Positions 1 through 10,712 of a stretch of 64,000 bases of DNA are shown piece after piece. Source of the stretch: Spirochaetota bacterium (GTDB taxonomy: Bacteria; Spirochaetota; UBA4802; JAFGDQ01); contig JAFGSG010000055.1 of assembly GCA_016934735.1 (NCBI GenBank), positions 2,111 through 66,110 on the forward strand. Reading direction: 5' to 3'. The notes under the pieces were generated by a model, which was given only the letters and a program-made list of their open reading frames with translations, was not told the DNA's origin and ran no database searches. The translations under genes were made by a program, and so were the position numbers. The first letter of the stretch is position 1; each line of letters begins with the position of its first letter.

Positions 1-541
1 CATTTATTTTGCAACTGCACATAAAAGGTTAATGTTCGGCAGGATTTTTCTACTCCCGGTAATGATTGCTTATAAATCAGGCATCTTGACTGCTACAAAA
101 ACCAGGGAAATCGCGGCAGGATTCGCGTTTAGAGGATGCCGCCTTGCGGATATTCAATCCCTCGGCCGGATATTCGCCGATGAAATAATACCTCAATATA
201 TCAGGCCTGAAGCATTCAAAAGAATTCAATGGCATAAATCAAAGGGAGATAAAATTGTTGTTGTATCCGCATCTCTTGACGTATATCTGAAGCACTGGTG
301 CGATAAGCATGAATTGGAACTTATCTGTACAAGTTTTGATGTTGATAACGGACTTATTGCGGGAAAATATTATCCCGGAGACTGCAGCGGCAAGGAAAAA
401 GCGAGACGTATTATTGATAAATATAATACAAAAGATTATGAAATTATTTATGCTTATGGGGATACGGCAGAGGATAAAGAGATGCTTGATCTGGCAAATA
501 TTAAGTACTTTCAATGGAAACAAATAAGCAATTATGACTAA
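1..541 (+). CDS. HAD-IB family hydrolase (SerB-like), 5'-truncated by window edge
   Basis: Frame is open from base 2. Motifs VVVSAS, K in CSGKEK and YAYGDTAED match HAD motifs II-IV. Motif I lies upstream of the window. Confidence 0.85.
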   Translation, partial: IYFATAHKRLMFGRIFLLPVMIAYKSGILTATKTREIAAGFAFRGCRLADIQSLGRIFADEIIPQYIRPEAFKRIQWHKSKGDKIVVVSASLDVYLKHWCDKHELELICTSFDVDNGLIAGKYYPGDCSGKEKARRIIDKYNTKDYEIIYAYGDTAEDKEMLDLANIKYFQWKQISNYD

Positions 542-658
542 TATGCTCAAGATGGCTGACGTTTTATAGATTAGTTCGTAGCTTATAAAGCAAAAAGTCA
601 GTTAACTTGAGTATATTCATTAAATTGTATAATAGCATAAACTTTTATTATCTTTAAA

Positions 659-2481
659 TTGGATGACAATGTGGCACAGATAAATCTGCAAAAGGTATCC
701 CTGACTTTCGGCAATATTCCAATACTTGGTGATGTGGACATCCAGATCCATGAGGATGAGAAGATATGCCTGCTTGGCCGCAACGGGGCTGGAAAATCCA
801 CCATGATGAAACTTATCAATGGGGACATTGAACCTGAGTCCGGACTTATATTCCGTGAGAAAGGACTTAAAACCTCGCTTCTGCCGCAGGAGGTGCCGCG
901 TGATCTTTCCGGAAGTATATATGACGTTATTGCCGGTGGAACCGGCGTCCATGATTCATCGGTTCATCATATGGACAATTTTGAAGAGCAGAAGATCCGC
1001 CTGCAAATAGAAAAGACAATATCGCTAATGAGCCTTGATCCGGAGCTCATGTTCGAAAACCTTTCTGCCGGCATGAAGAGGAGGGTGCTTGTGGGGCGCG
1101 CACTGGTGAATGATCCGGATGTCCTCCTCCTTGATGAGCCGACAAACCATCTTGACATTGATTCGATCAGCTGGCTTGAAGATTTTTTATATCGTTATAA
1201 TAAGACCATATTTTTTGTAACGCATGACCGCACGTTTCTGCAGAAGATCGCGAATCGGATAATCGAGCTGGACAGGGGCAGGCTCTTTGACTGGAGATGC
1301 GATTACCAGACTTTTTTACAGAGGAAGGAAGCATGGCTTGAATCCGAAGAAGCCCGGAACACGCTTTTCGATAAAAAATTAGCCCGGGAAGAGGCATGGA
1401 TAAGGCGGGGGATAAAGGCCCGCCGCACTAGAAATGAGGGAAGGGTAAGGGCATTAATAGAATTGCGGGGGGAAAGGGCTGCCCGCCGGGAACGGGCCGG
1501 AAATGTGCGCATGGAAATGCAGAAAGCTGAAAATTCAGGCAAAATGATAATCGAAGCGACGGATATTTCTTTCGGCTACTCTGATGTCAAGTTATTCTCA
1601 GGTTTTTCGACCAGGATCATGAGAGGTGACAGGATCGGCATCATCGGGCCTAATGGATGCGGGAAAAGCACTCTTATTAAGACACTATTAAATGAAATTG
1701 AACCGGAAACCGGAGATGTACGTATCGGGGCCGGAATTCAAAAGGCATATTTTGACCAGCTGAGAAATCAGCTCGATGATAATCTTACAATTAAACAGAA
1801 TGTTGCAGGCAGCGGCGAAATAATAGATTTCAATGGAAAGAAGAGGCATGTGATCGGGTATCTTGAGGATTTTCTTTTTAGTCCGGACAGGGTTGACGAG
1901 CCGGTAAAAGTTTTGTCCGGGGGCGAAAAGAACAGGCTGCTTCTTGCAAAGCTTTTTACAAAGGCATCTAATTTCCTCATCCTGGATGAACCAACCAATG
2001 ATCTTGATATTGAGACCATCGAGCTTCTTGAAGAGCTTCTGCTCGAATATGAAGGGACATTGCTTCTGGTAAGCCATGACAGGGCATTTCTTAATAACGT
2101 TGTGACAGATATTTTCGCGTTTGAAGTAAATTCTGATGTCAGGGTATATGCTGGCGGCTATGATGACTGGCTGGCTAAGAAAACCTATGATACCGCAAAA
2201 GGAATAAAACAGGAAAAAATTATCAGGGAGAAGGAAAAAGCCCGGAAAACAAAGCTTACCTTTAAAGAAAAAAAGAGATCGAATCAATTCCTGCGGCCAT
2301 TGAGGAAAAGGAAAAGAGAAAGCATGAAATTTATCAATTAATGGCTGACCCGGCTTTTTATCAGCAAAGCGGAGCCGGGGTTTCTGAAATAAAGGCGGAA
2401 CTGGAAAAGCTGGAGAGAGAACTTGATCTCCTTTTTGCCAGATGGGAAGAACTCGAAACGGTTGAGGGCGGCGCAGGTTAA
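659..2481 (+). CDS. uup: ABC-F family ATPase Uup, with a -1 frameshift near the 3' end
   Basis: Two ABC domains (GRNGAGKST/LSAG/LLLDEPTNHLD; GPNGCGKST/LSGGE/LILDEPTNDLD) and a WIRRGIKARRTRNEGR linker. The 0 frame stops at 2341. The Uup C-terminal coiled coil (EIESIPAAIE...DPAFYQQ...RWEELE) continues in the -1 frame from the A7 run at 2268-2274 to TAA 2479-2481. Confidence 0.9.
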
Positions 2482-2654
2482 GCTTTTATAATACATCCAA
2501 ATTCTCATTGAACTATTTTTTCAATTGCATTTTCTTTGTCGCATTATAATGTATTATTATAACAAACGTATAAGGCCTGATTGTATTATACAAAATGCAT
2601 GGAATTTTTGGCGATGGGAAAGAACGCTGCTTGCGTGATTCTGAGGAGATTTGA

Positions 2655-3374
2655 ATGAAGTCTTTGCTCTCGTACGAACTAAATAATGATAATCCCGAGA
2701 ATAAAAAACGCTTTATAAAAAATTTATTCGATGATATTGTGCCGACATACGATCTTTTAAATCATCTGCTTTCTTTCGGTACAGATAAGCTGTGGAGGCG
2801 CAGGATATTCCGGCTCATGCGTCCCGTCAAAGACGCGCGTGCTCTTGACCTGTGCTGCGGCACAGGCGATCTTTCATTATTGATACACAGGCATGGTGCG
2901 GGGGTTGTATCGCTCGATTTTTCGCTTAACATGCTAGCAAAAGGAAAGCAGAGAAAGACTCTGCGCGGGTATTGCGTGGCGGCTGATGCAAGCAATCTTC
3001 CTTTCCGTGACAGCTCATTCAACGCTGCAGCAATAGCTTTCGGAATACGCAATATTCCTGATTTGAAGAATTTCATAAGGGATGTGCACCGCGTGCTCGA
3101 ACCCGGCGGGGAGTTCGCGATTCTCGAGCTCGTTCGTCCCCGCAGCCGGTTTATAAAGGCAGTCTATGCAGTTTATCTTAATAAACTGCTTCCACTGATC
3201 GGCGGCCTTGTATCCGGGAAATGGACGGCGTATAAATATCTTTCAGGTACAATCAGGACTTTCGTTGATCCGGATGACCTGAAGCTGATGCTCGAGCAGG
3301 GCGGTTTCCGTAATGTGAAGCTGCATCCTCAGACATTCGGGGTAGCCTCTATAATAGTATGCGAGAAGGCGTGA
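2655..3374 (+). CDS. ubiE: Ubiquinone/menaquinone biosynthesis C-methyltransferase (UbiE/MenG)
   Basis: FDDIVPTYDLLNHLLSFG, LDLCCGTGD, FGIRN and RVLEPGG motifs. SD GAGGAG upstream. Confidence 0.9.
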   Translation: MKSLLSYELNNDNPENKKRFIKNLFDDIVPTYDLLNHLLSFGTDKLWRRRIFRLMRPVKDARALDLCCGTGDLSLLIHRHGAGVVSLDFSLNMLAKGKQRKTLRGYCVAADASNLPFRDSSFNAAAIAFGIRNIPDLKNFIRDVHRVLEPGGEFAILELVRPRSRFIKAVYAVYLNKLLPLIGGLVSGKWTAYKYLSGTIRTFVDPDDLKLMLEQGGFRNVKLHPQTFGVASIIVCEKA

Positions 3375-3420
3375 GTGCATACAATACAGGCTGAAGAGAT
3401 GCCGGTATTGTTGACTATTA

Positions 3421-3650
3421 TACAGATGCAGCCGCATGATGCGCAGATGCATTTCAAAGGAATACAGAGGCGGACGGAAGAAAATCAAATGCATCCGGGA
3501 GAAAAGCACAGGCAGTAGTAAAAAATACACCGGCAGGTCAGAGAAAATCATCAGCAGGTATAAGAAAAGCACTGACACATAGAGATGCAGGTAAAAGAAA
3601 TATACTTGCAGGTCAGGGAAATACACCGGCAGGAACAAGAAAATCAAAAT
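3421..3650. repeat. Degenerate 21-bp tandem repeat array (~10 units)
   Basis: Example units: tacaccggcaggtcagagaaa (3526), atcatcagcaggtataagaaa (3547), tagagatgcaggtaaaagaaa (3580), tatacttgcaggtcagggaaa (3601), tacaccggcaggaacaagaaa (3622). They share a GCAGG core and an A-tract every 21 nt. Confidence 0.8.
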
Positions 3651-3770
3651 CTTCTGTTACAAAAACAAATGCAATTGAGTGAATTATGGATCTCTTACGT
3701 AATATAGCACTGCATCTTGTGCAGGGAAATATTTATAATACAGTATATTATCAGAAATTTTTAAGAAATA

Positions 3771-4424
3771 ATGAACTTTAACTATAAACATATTATATGG
3801 GACTGGAACGGCACGCTTATTAACGACGCGGAGCTGTGCGTAGAGATCATTAATGAACTCCTCGGGAGGAGAAATATACAAGGCATCAGCCTGCGCGAGT
3901 ACCAGGATGTTTTTGATTTTCCGGTAATTAACTTTTACGAAAAAATTGGTTTTGATTTTTCCAAGGAGCCATTCCATATCCCTGCTGCGGAATATATCGA
4001 TGCCTACAACGCACGCAGATTCAGCTGCAGTCTGCATGACGGCGCGCTCGAACTTCTCTCGGTTTTTAAAAAAGCCGGCATAGCTCAATCCATACTGTCT
4101 GCATCAAAGCAGAGTTCGCTTGAAGAAGCAGTCGGCTACTATTCATTGGAGTCTTTTTTTGCACATGTCTGCGGACTGGACGACCATTACGCGAATGGTA
4201 AAATAGACATTGCGAAAGAATTAATAGGGCGTATAGGCGCAGATAACAGGTCGCTTTTGATTATCGGCGATACGACACATGATTATGAAGTTGCGCGGTC
4301 ATTAGGAGCAGGCTGCATTCTGATCAGCAGCGGGCATCACAGCAGGGAAAAGCTTGAACAGAGCGGAGCGCGTGTGGTTGACTCTATCGCGGAAATATCA
4401 AATGCGGCAGAAGTATCTGAATGA
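3771..4424 (+). CDS. HAD family hydrolase (phosphoglycolate phosphatase-like)
   Basis: IIWDWNGTL (motif I), ILSAS and IIGDTTHD. Confidence 0.9.
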   Translation: MNFNYKHIIWDWNGTLINDAELCVEIINELLGRRNIQGISLREYQDVFDFPVINFYEKIGFDFSKEPFHIPAAEYIDAYNARRFSCSLHDGALELLSVFKKAGIAQSILSASKQSSLEEAVGYYSLESFFAHVCGLDDHYANGKIDIAKELIGRIGADNRSLLIIGDTTHDYEVARSLGAGCILISSGHHSREKLEQSGARVVDSIAEISNAAEVSE

Positions 4425-6835
4425 AGGTCTCTCATCAGTTAAATACGCTTATTAAGCAAAGGTTGTTCTTTATTTCAGCAGGGACACTTTCCCTTTGCCT
4501 GGTATTATGGCTTCTGTTTTATTCGCTGTTTCTGCTGATGCCGTCCGTGTTCATAAAAGCAGGACTGATCGCGCCTTTCCCTTTGCTGATTATATTTACA
4601 TTATCCCTGATCATCTCTTTAAGTGTTTACCTTTATAGAATGCCTCTTTTCGGGAAAAGATTCTTTAATGAGATATTGCTCCCGCCTTACTCAGCGAATG
4701 ATCTTAAGTCGGCGCTTGAACTGGAAAGCGGAAAGAGTTATCCGCGAACAAAGGGGGACAGCTCTTTAGAAGAAAAAAATATATCGTCCTTTTTCTCCGG
4801 TCAATTCATTGAAAATGTTTCAGCACACATTAAGCTTGAAAAGAGAATATTCGCCGGCCTTGTTCCGGATATCAAACGTTTAACAGTATGCACGCTGATA
4901 ATTATTATATCTATGGTTCTTTCAATAATAAAAAGCGATCTCGTGTTCGATGTTTATTCAGCATTAAGAACAGGCCTTCCTGCGGAACTGATCGCTCTGG
5001 ATGCTCCTGTAAAGTACGAAAAGATTGAAGCAGTGATTACTCCCCCGGCTTATATTGAATCGGGAATAAGTACTGCTGTTGATTTAACTGTTCACGATAA
5101 AATTAAAGTAATGCAGGGTTCCGGTGTCTCAGTAAAAGGGATTTTAAACAATATAAAATCCGGTAAACTGATTCTTTCGACCGGTAAAGGACTGGAATAT
5201 TTTACTGCGGCAATTTTTGAAGAAAAATTTTTCGAAGCTGCCTTTCTTGCTCCGGCAAAAGGCGCTTTTGCCCTTGAATTCGAATTTATAAAACTGGTTT
5301 CGGGTAAATCACGGGGCAAAAGCAAAGTGTACACCATTGAAGCCCTTCCGGACCAGCCGCCCTCTATAAAGATTTTTTTTCCGCCATCTGTCCACAACGT
5401 GCTGTTCGGAAATCCGGTGGAAATAAATTTTACTGCTTCTGACGATTATGGCATACTGGAAATTTCACTTTATCACCGGAATCCTGAAGAAAACAGCGGA
5501 TATTACAGAGAGATTGTTGCGAGGTTCCCGAAAGACCCCAAAACAAATTATTCGGCAAGCCATGTATGGAATCCGGTTATCCGCGAAGGCGAGAAGATGG
5601 ATGAACTTGTTTATGATCCTGGCACGAAATCAGTAGAATATTTTCTTGAAGTTAAAGATATTAATATATATTCAGAAGGCGGTACGGCAAAAAGTGAAAC
5701 AAGATATGTGTATTTTACTGATGCTCTGGCAGACCTGAAAGAAGGAATAAACCTGATCCGGGAATTGATAGATGACGGGAAAAAATTGTTACAGTCACCC
5801 GGGAATAAAAGGATAGCGGAAAATTATAAAAAAAAATTAGCAAAAGCCGTTCAGGTTTTCAGCAAAGAACGGCAGGAAACTATGCCTCAGAGCACGCTTG
5901 TGCAGAAAACAAACGAGATGCTCAGTGTTTTTTATATCGACAGTTCCAAAGAACTAAAAGAATCCCTCAGAAGCTACATCGCTTATCTTGAAAGATTTCT
6001 TGTTTTTATGCAGCTGCTCCTGGAGACCGAGAGCGCGGCTTCTATAGACAAGGAGCTTTCAAGGAATGACGATATGAAAAGCAGCATGGATAATTCTCTG
6101 AAGCGGATAAGCCGCGCTGCTGAGCTCATGGAGAATGAGTTTAAAAAAGATATTGAAGAGATTGAAGAACTCTTAAGGAAAGGCGATCAGGCAGGCGCCA
6201 GGGCTAAGACACTTGAACTCCTTGACAAAATTAAAAAGCGTATGGAAGAGGAAATCGCAAAGTCAATGGCCATGTCGCAGAAAATCGCTGATGAAATGAA
6301 AGACAAACTCGATAAGATGGCAAAGCTTGCTTCGGAATTGCTAAAAAAGCAGGAAGCAAACAGGACGATTACAGATAAGGGAAATATAAAAGGCGCTTCT
6401 GCTGATCAGGAAGAAATAAACGAAGGCCTGCGCAGTCTGAGTGCGCAGACGGAGAAGCTCAGTTCCGAATATCCTTTTGTAATGTACTCTCTTAATTCCT
6501 ATGCCGGTGCGGCAAAGATATACGGGGCAAGGGCTTCTGAAGCTCTCAGCAAATCCGAACCCGGCAAATCATCAAAGGATCAATCCCGGGTCATTCAATA
6601 TCTTAATAACTTTATGAATGCCTCAAATCAGCAGAAGCAGCTTATGGAAGAGCTGGCAAAAGGGAATTTTGAAAGTATTATGCAGCGCGGATATACGAAT
6701 CGTTTTGTGCTTATACCGAAGGAAGCAGTCTATACAATACCGATAGACTATAAAAACAAGATCATAGAAATGAGCAAAGACAGAAGCAGGCTCACGAAAG
6801 AAAAAGAGGCATTCTGGCGGGATATTTTACAATGA
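4421..6835 (+). CDS. Membrane protein with Ig-like domains and a C-terminal coiled coil (DUF4175-like)
   Basis: N-terminal TM helices, ITPPAY and DQPPSI...ASDDYGI motifs, long helical tail. Start overlaps the stop of the upstream HAD gene (ATGA). Confidence 0.65.
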   Translation: MKVSHQLNTLIKQRLFFISAGTLSLCLVLWLLFYSLFLLMPSVFIKAGLIAPFPLLIIFTLSLIISLSVYLYRMPLFGKRFFNEILLPPYSANDLKSALELESGKSYPRTKGDSSLEEKNISSFFSGQFIENVSAHIKLEKRIFAGLVPDIKRLTVCTLIIIISMVLSIIKSDLVFDVYSALRTGLPAELIALDAPVKYEKIEAVITPPAYIESGISTAVDLTVHDKIKVMQGSGVSVKGILNNIKSGKLILSTGKGLEYFTAAIFEEKFFEAAFLAPAKGAFALEFEFIKLVSGKSRGKSKVYTIEALPDQPPSIKIFFPPSVHNVLFGNPVEINFTASDDYGILEISLYHRNPEENSGYYREIVARFPKDPKTNYSASHVWNPVIREGEKMDELVYDPGTKSVEYFLEVKDINIYSEGGTAKSETRYVYFTDALADLKEGINLIRELIDDGKKLLQSPGNKRIAENYKKKLAKAVQVFSKERQETMPQSTLVQKTNEMLSVFYIDSSKELKESLRSYIAYLERFLVFMQLLLETESAASIDKELSRNDDMKSSMDNSLKRISRAAELMENEFKKDIEEIEELLRKGDQAGARAKTLELLDKIKKRMEEEIAKSMAMSQKIADEMKDKLDKMAKLASELLKKQEANRTITDKGNIKGASADQEEINEGLRSLSAQTEKLSSEYPFVMYSLNSYAGAAKIYGARASEALSKSEPGKSSKDQSRVIQYLNNFMNASNQQKQLMEELAKGNFESIMQRGYTNRFVLIPKEAVYTIPIDYKNKIIEMSKDRSRLTKEKEAFWRDILQ

Positions 6836-6873
6836 TGCACTCTCCCGCGATTTGCGGGGCCGCGGGCACTTCT

Positions 6874-7995
6874 TTATGCTTTCTCATTTTCTAAAACATC
6901 TGCAAGCAGAATATGCTCTCCGAGAGGTTTGGCGATATTTTTTAACTGCAGGGCAATATCGTTAATTTCCGGGCCTTTAAATTCCTTGTCTCTGTAAATA
7001 GTAATTATGCCAAGCAGGATATTCCTGTACAGTACCGGCAAGGTAACCTTTTTCCCTTTTTCCTGAAGAATTGTAGAAGAATTTTTCAGTTCTTCTGTTA
7101 TTCCCCGATTTATACTCATAGAATTAAATTCAGAATCGTCGATTTTTATAAGAGCCTTGCCTTTAAGTTCAAAAATTTTATTCAGTCTTGACTGATCTTC
7201 GCTCAGCAGATAGAAAGAGACAACTTCGGAATTATATTCACCGGATATATAATTAAAAAGATCATAAACATATCCTGTAAGGTAGTCAAGATTCAAAGTC
7301 GATTTGTCCGGCTCTCTGCCTGTATCCTTGTGTTCACTTATTTTTTTATCTTTGCCTGTTTTGTCCGGTTTTATTTTTTTTACGGACTCTTTTTTAATAA
7401 AACCGGCCGTCTTCCCGTTGGATGTTTTTGCCTTTTTGTTTAGTTTAATAGATATTAATGCTGTTATAATGATTGAAAAAATAGTGATTAACAATATTTC
7501 AAGAATTAGCTGGATGATAAGCTTTAAGCTGAGTTTATACGGAAAAACGATAAGGAGCTTACCGCCTGTAATATTATTGATAAAAATATAGAATCTGTTC
7601 TGATCGTAATATCTTATTACAAAATCATTCTTTTTATAAACTTTAAATTCATCCCGGATGAAGCCTTCTATCATCGCATCAAAAGTGATATTGGATCTTA
7701 TATATTTTTCATTTTTCATCGCCTTAAGAATTTTATTTTTTTTATCCGCAGCGGCAATTAAAGCAATTGAAGGAAATTTGTCTTTAATTAAAGAGTAATA
7801 TTTTGACAGGTCTTTATCATGCAGTTTTTTATCTTTTTCAAAACTGCTTATTGACAGAACTATTTTTTCGGATGTTAAAATAATGGCTTTAATGAATTGC
7901 TTTTCAAGCAATCCTGTTCTTAACGGAATATAAATAAAAATAATGAGTAAAGTTATGAATAAACATGTTATTATATTCTTTTTTTTTGATGTCAT
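6874..7995 (-). CDS. Hypothetical membrane protein with a C-terminal GAF-like region
   Basis: 373-aa ORF with two TM segments and a C-terminal LPVLYRNILLGII GAF-like strand pattern. Confidence 0.6.
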   Translation of the reverse strand: MTSKKKNIITCLFITLLIIFIYIPLRTGLLEKQFIKAIILTSEKIVLSISSFEKDKKLHDKDLSKYYSLIKDKFPSIALIAAADKKNKILKAMKNEKYIRSNITFDAMIEGFIRDEFKVYKKNDFVIRYYDQNRFYIFINNITGGKLLIVFPYKLSLKLIIQLILEILLITIFSIIITALISIKLNKKAKTSNGKTAGFIKKESVKKIKPDKTGKDKKISEHKDTGREPDKSTLNLDYLTGYVYDLFNYISGEYNSEVVSFYLLSEDQSRLNKIFELKGKALIKIDDSEFNSMSINRGITEELKNSSTILQEKGKKVTLPVLYRNILLGIITIYRDKEFKGPEINDIALQLKNIAKPLGEHILLADVLENEKA

Positions 7996-8194
7996 GCCTG
8001 ATTCCGTATGGAATAAAATAGTTGTATTAAGAAAAAATTTTAAAAATATTTCTATATATTATAATCGGCAGGAAGCATAATTCGAAATATCATTTTATAT
8101 TTTTTTGATTGCGGAATAGATGTCATATTCTATAAATACGTGAGATGTAATAAATCTATACAGCGTCAAATGGGTTGGGGTACACTCAATAACT

Positions 8195-8935
8195 ATGAAA
8201 ATAATCGGAATAATACCTGCCAGATACGGATCGAGCCGTTTTCCCGGCAAACCGCTTGTAAAGATAGCCGGAAAGACTCTGATCGAGAGGGTCTACCGCA
8301 GATCAGAGCAGGCCGGGCTTGCTAAGATAATCGTAGCTACTGACGATAATAGAATCGAGAGAGAGGTGCTGTCTTTCGGCGGAAACGCGGCAATGACGGG
8401 TGAACATCATTCGGGAACAGACCGGATTGCAGAGGCAGCCGAAAACGAGAGCTGTGATGCTGTCATCAATATTCAGGGCGATGAGCCGCTTATTGATCCG
8501 GAGATTATCGGAACAGTATCATCCGCTCTTGAAAAGAATGCGTGGGCTGATATGGCGACCGCTGCGGCAGAGATAAAAGAGCATGACGATATTGATAATC
8601 CTAATGTTGTAAAAGTCGTATTTGCCGCAGACGGCAGGGCTTTTTATTTCTCACGGTCAGGGATACCGTATATTGTCAGGGCAGATGGAAAAACACCGCA
8701 GGCAAAACGCTACAGGCATATCGGCATATACGGATATAGAAAGGAATTCTTAAAAAAATTTACCGTCTTAAAGCCGTCGCCTCTGGAATCAGCCGAATCG
8801 CTTGAACAGCTCAGAGCTCTTGAGAACGGATTTTCTATTCATGTTTCTGTCGTTGATTACAAGGGCGCGGCTGTGGACACTCCTGAAGATGTAATAATAG
8901 TCGAGAATATTTTAAGCGGAGAGAATAAAAAATAG
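8195..8935 (+). CDS. kdsB: 3-deoxy-manno-octulosonate cytidylyltransferase
   Basis: IIPARYGSSRFPGKPL, SGTDRIAE, NIQGDEP and LEQLRALENG. Confidence 0.97.
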   Translation: MKIIGIIPARYGSSRFPGKPLVKIAGKTLIERVYRRSEQAGLAKIIVATDDNRIEREVLSFGGNAAMTGEHHSGTDRIAEAAENESCDAVINIQGDEPLIDPEIIGTVSSALEKNAWADMATAAAEIKEHDDIDNPNVVKVVFAADGRAFYFSRSGIPYIVRADGKTPQAKRYRHIGIYGYRKEFLKKFTVLKPSPLESAESLEQLRALENGFSIHVSVVDYKGAAVDTPEDVIIVENILSGENKK

Positions 8936-8945
8936 GGGGAATGAT

Positions 8946-9995
8946 TTACTCTCCGCCGTTTTCAAACAAAGACTGCTCTTTGTCTTCATATCCTGATTTA
9001 AAATATTTTATCCCAAGATGATCGTACGCGCTCTTTGAAACCTCTCTTCCTCTGGGAGTGCGGTTCAGCAGGCCTGACTGGACAAGGAAAGGTTCGTAGA
9101 AGTCTTCAATAGTGTCGGTTTCTTCTCCTACCGATATGGCGATTGTTTTTAGGCCGACCGGGCCGCCGTTATAATTCTCTATAATAGTACGCAGGATTTT
9201 TCTGTCCATGTCGTCAAGACCGGCAGAGTCAATGTCAAGCTTATCCAGGGCATACTTTGTGATTTTAATATCGATTTCCTTAAGCCCTCCCACAAGGGCA
9301 AAATCTGCGACCCGCTTAAGCAGCCTGTTCACAATACGCGGAGTTCTGCGGGATCTCTTCGCGAGCTCCATTGCTGCGTCGTCTTTTATACTGCTGTGGA
9401 TTATTCCTGCAGAGCGTTTGACTATCTGCCGCAGATCTTCATACTCATAATAATTAAGGCGCAGGGGAATGCCGAACCTGTCGCGCAAAGCGGAAGTTAA
9501 AAGGCCTGTCCTGGTGGTAGCTCCGATTAAAGTAAAAGGGGCGAGATCAATTTTAATTGATTTTGCACCGATACCCTGGCCTATAATAATGTCGATTGAT
9601 CTGTCTTCCATCGCGGGATACAGGATCTCCTCAATCGCAGGAGAGAGCCTGTGAATTTCATCGATAAAAAGAACGTCATTCTCTTCAAGAGCTGTAAGTA
9701 TGGATGCCATATCGCCGGATTTGTCTATAATGGGAGCCGATGTCGCTTTAATATTCACACCGAGTTCTCTGGCTGTAATGAACGCCAGTGTTGTTTTACC
9801 TAGTCCCGGAGGTCCGGCTAAAAGAACATGATCGAGGGATTGTTTTCTTATTTTTGCGGATTGAATGAATACCTTGAGGTTATCGATTATTTTTGTCTGG
9901 CCGATGAACTCTCTGAAGTTCGACGGCCGCAGGGATCTGTCATCTTCGTCTTCATGCAATTTCTGCGCGCTTGTGAGTTTCGATATGTTTTCCAT
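8946..9995 (-). CDS. ruvB: Holliday junction branch migration DNA helicase RuvB
   Basis: LRP..F.EFIGQ, GPPGLGKTT, LFIDEIHRL, LRDRFG, GGPVGL and RTPRGR. Confidence 0.98.
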   Translation of the reverse strand: MENISKLTSAQKLHEDEDDRSLRPSNFREFIGQTKIIDNLKVFIQSAKIRKQSLDHVLLAGPPGLGKTTLAFITARELGVNIKATSAPIIDKSGDMASILTALEENDVLFIDEIHRLSPAIEEILYPAMEDRSIDIIIGQGIGAKSIKIDLAPFTLIGATTRTGLLTSALRDRFGIPLRLNYYEYEDLRQIVKRSAGIIHSSIKDDAAMELAKRSRRTPRIVNRLLKRVADFALVGGLKEIDIKITKYALDKLDIDSAGLDDMDRKILRTIIENYNGGPVGLKTIAISVGEETDTIEDFYEPFLVQSGLLNRTPRGREVSKSAYDHLGIKYFKSGYEDKEQSLFENGGE

Positions 9996-10001
9996 CTGCG
10001 G

Positions 10002-10472
10002 TCATTCTGAGTCTTTCTCAAAATTCTTAATTATTTTCAGTATCATTTCCGGTTTTTTAACTGTAAAAAGTTTTTCACGCAATTCATCCTTGTTCATAAG
10101 CCTCGCTATATTCGCCAGTGTTTTAATATGCTGTTTCAGTTTGTTTTTTGGTACAAGAATAAAAATTGCTATTTTAACCGGCAGACTGTCGATGGATTCA
10201 AAATCTATTCCATCACCGCAAAAAGCCAGAACAATCACAATGTCCTCGACAGCTTCCGTAGTGCAGTGCGGGATGGCAACTCCTCTGCCTATACCGGTGC
10301 TCATGGATTTTTCCCTTTCAAAAAGGGCGTTTTTAAGAATCTCCCTGTCTTCATTCCTGACATCATTATTCTTAATAGCCAGATCAAGCATTTCTTCAAT
10401 GAGATCCCATCTGTTCGCAGATTGTGCCTTGATTATTATGTTGTTCTTTTTTAAAGATTTGGATAAGATCAT
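10002..10472 (-). CDS. PTS sugar transporter subunit IIA (fructose/Ntr-type)
   Basis: REKSMSTGIGRGVAIPH phosphorylation-site motif. Confidence 0.92.
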   Translation of the reverse strand: MILSKSLKKNNIIIKAQSANRWDLIEEMLDLAIKNNDVRNEDREILKNALFEREKSMSTGIGRGVAIPHCTTEAVEDIVIVLAFCGDGIDFESIDSLPVKIAIFILVPKNKLKQHIKTLANIARLMNKDELREKLFTVKKPEMILKIIKNFEKDSE

Positions 10473-10712
10473 AGGGTATTATTATCTTTTTATCTAGAAA
10501 TATCTGAAAAGTTATATTTTATTATAACAAAAATTTAGTCAAGCTATATATTTTTAACAGTAATGCCCGTTATGAATTCAGAGTGTTTCGAAAAATATTT
10601 TATTATAAATTATTTTTCTTTTTTTAATTGATATAAATACTTATTAATTGCTATATTGACGTTTGTCGCAGAATATATTATGCTATTTTAAATAGTTCAA
10701 GGAGTTTTTTTT

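Noticed and set aside
3243-3647. 134-aa minus-strand ORF as a real gene
   Set aside because: It is the repeat array read antisense and it overlaps the 3' end of ubiE. It has low-complexity F/L/Y composition and no clear SD.
3421-3650. CRISPR array interpretation of the periodic region
   Set aside because: Units are contiguous degenerate 21-mers with no unique spacers, and there are no cas genes.
9865-10497. Long antisense ORFs (e.g. 9865-10497, 1688-2287, 48767-49600, 26622-27146)
   Set aside because: These are shadows of well-supported genes on the opposite strand, with no motifs.
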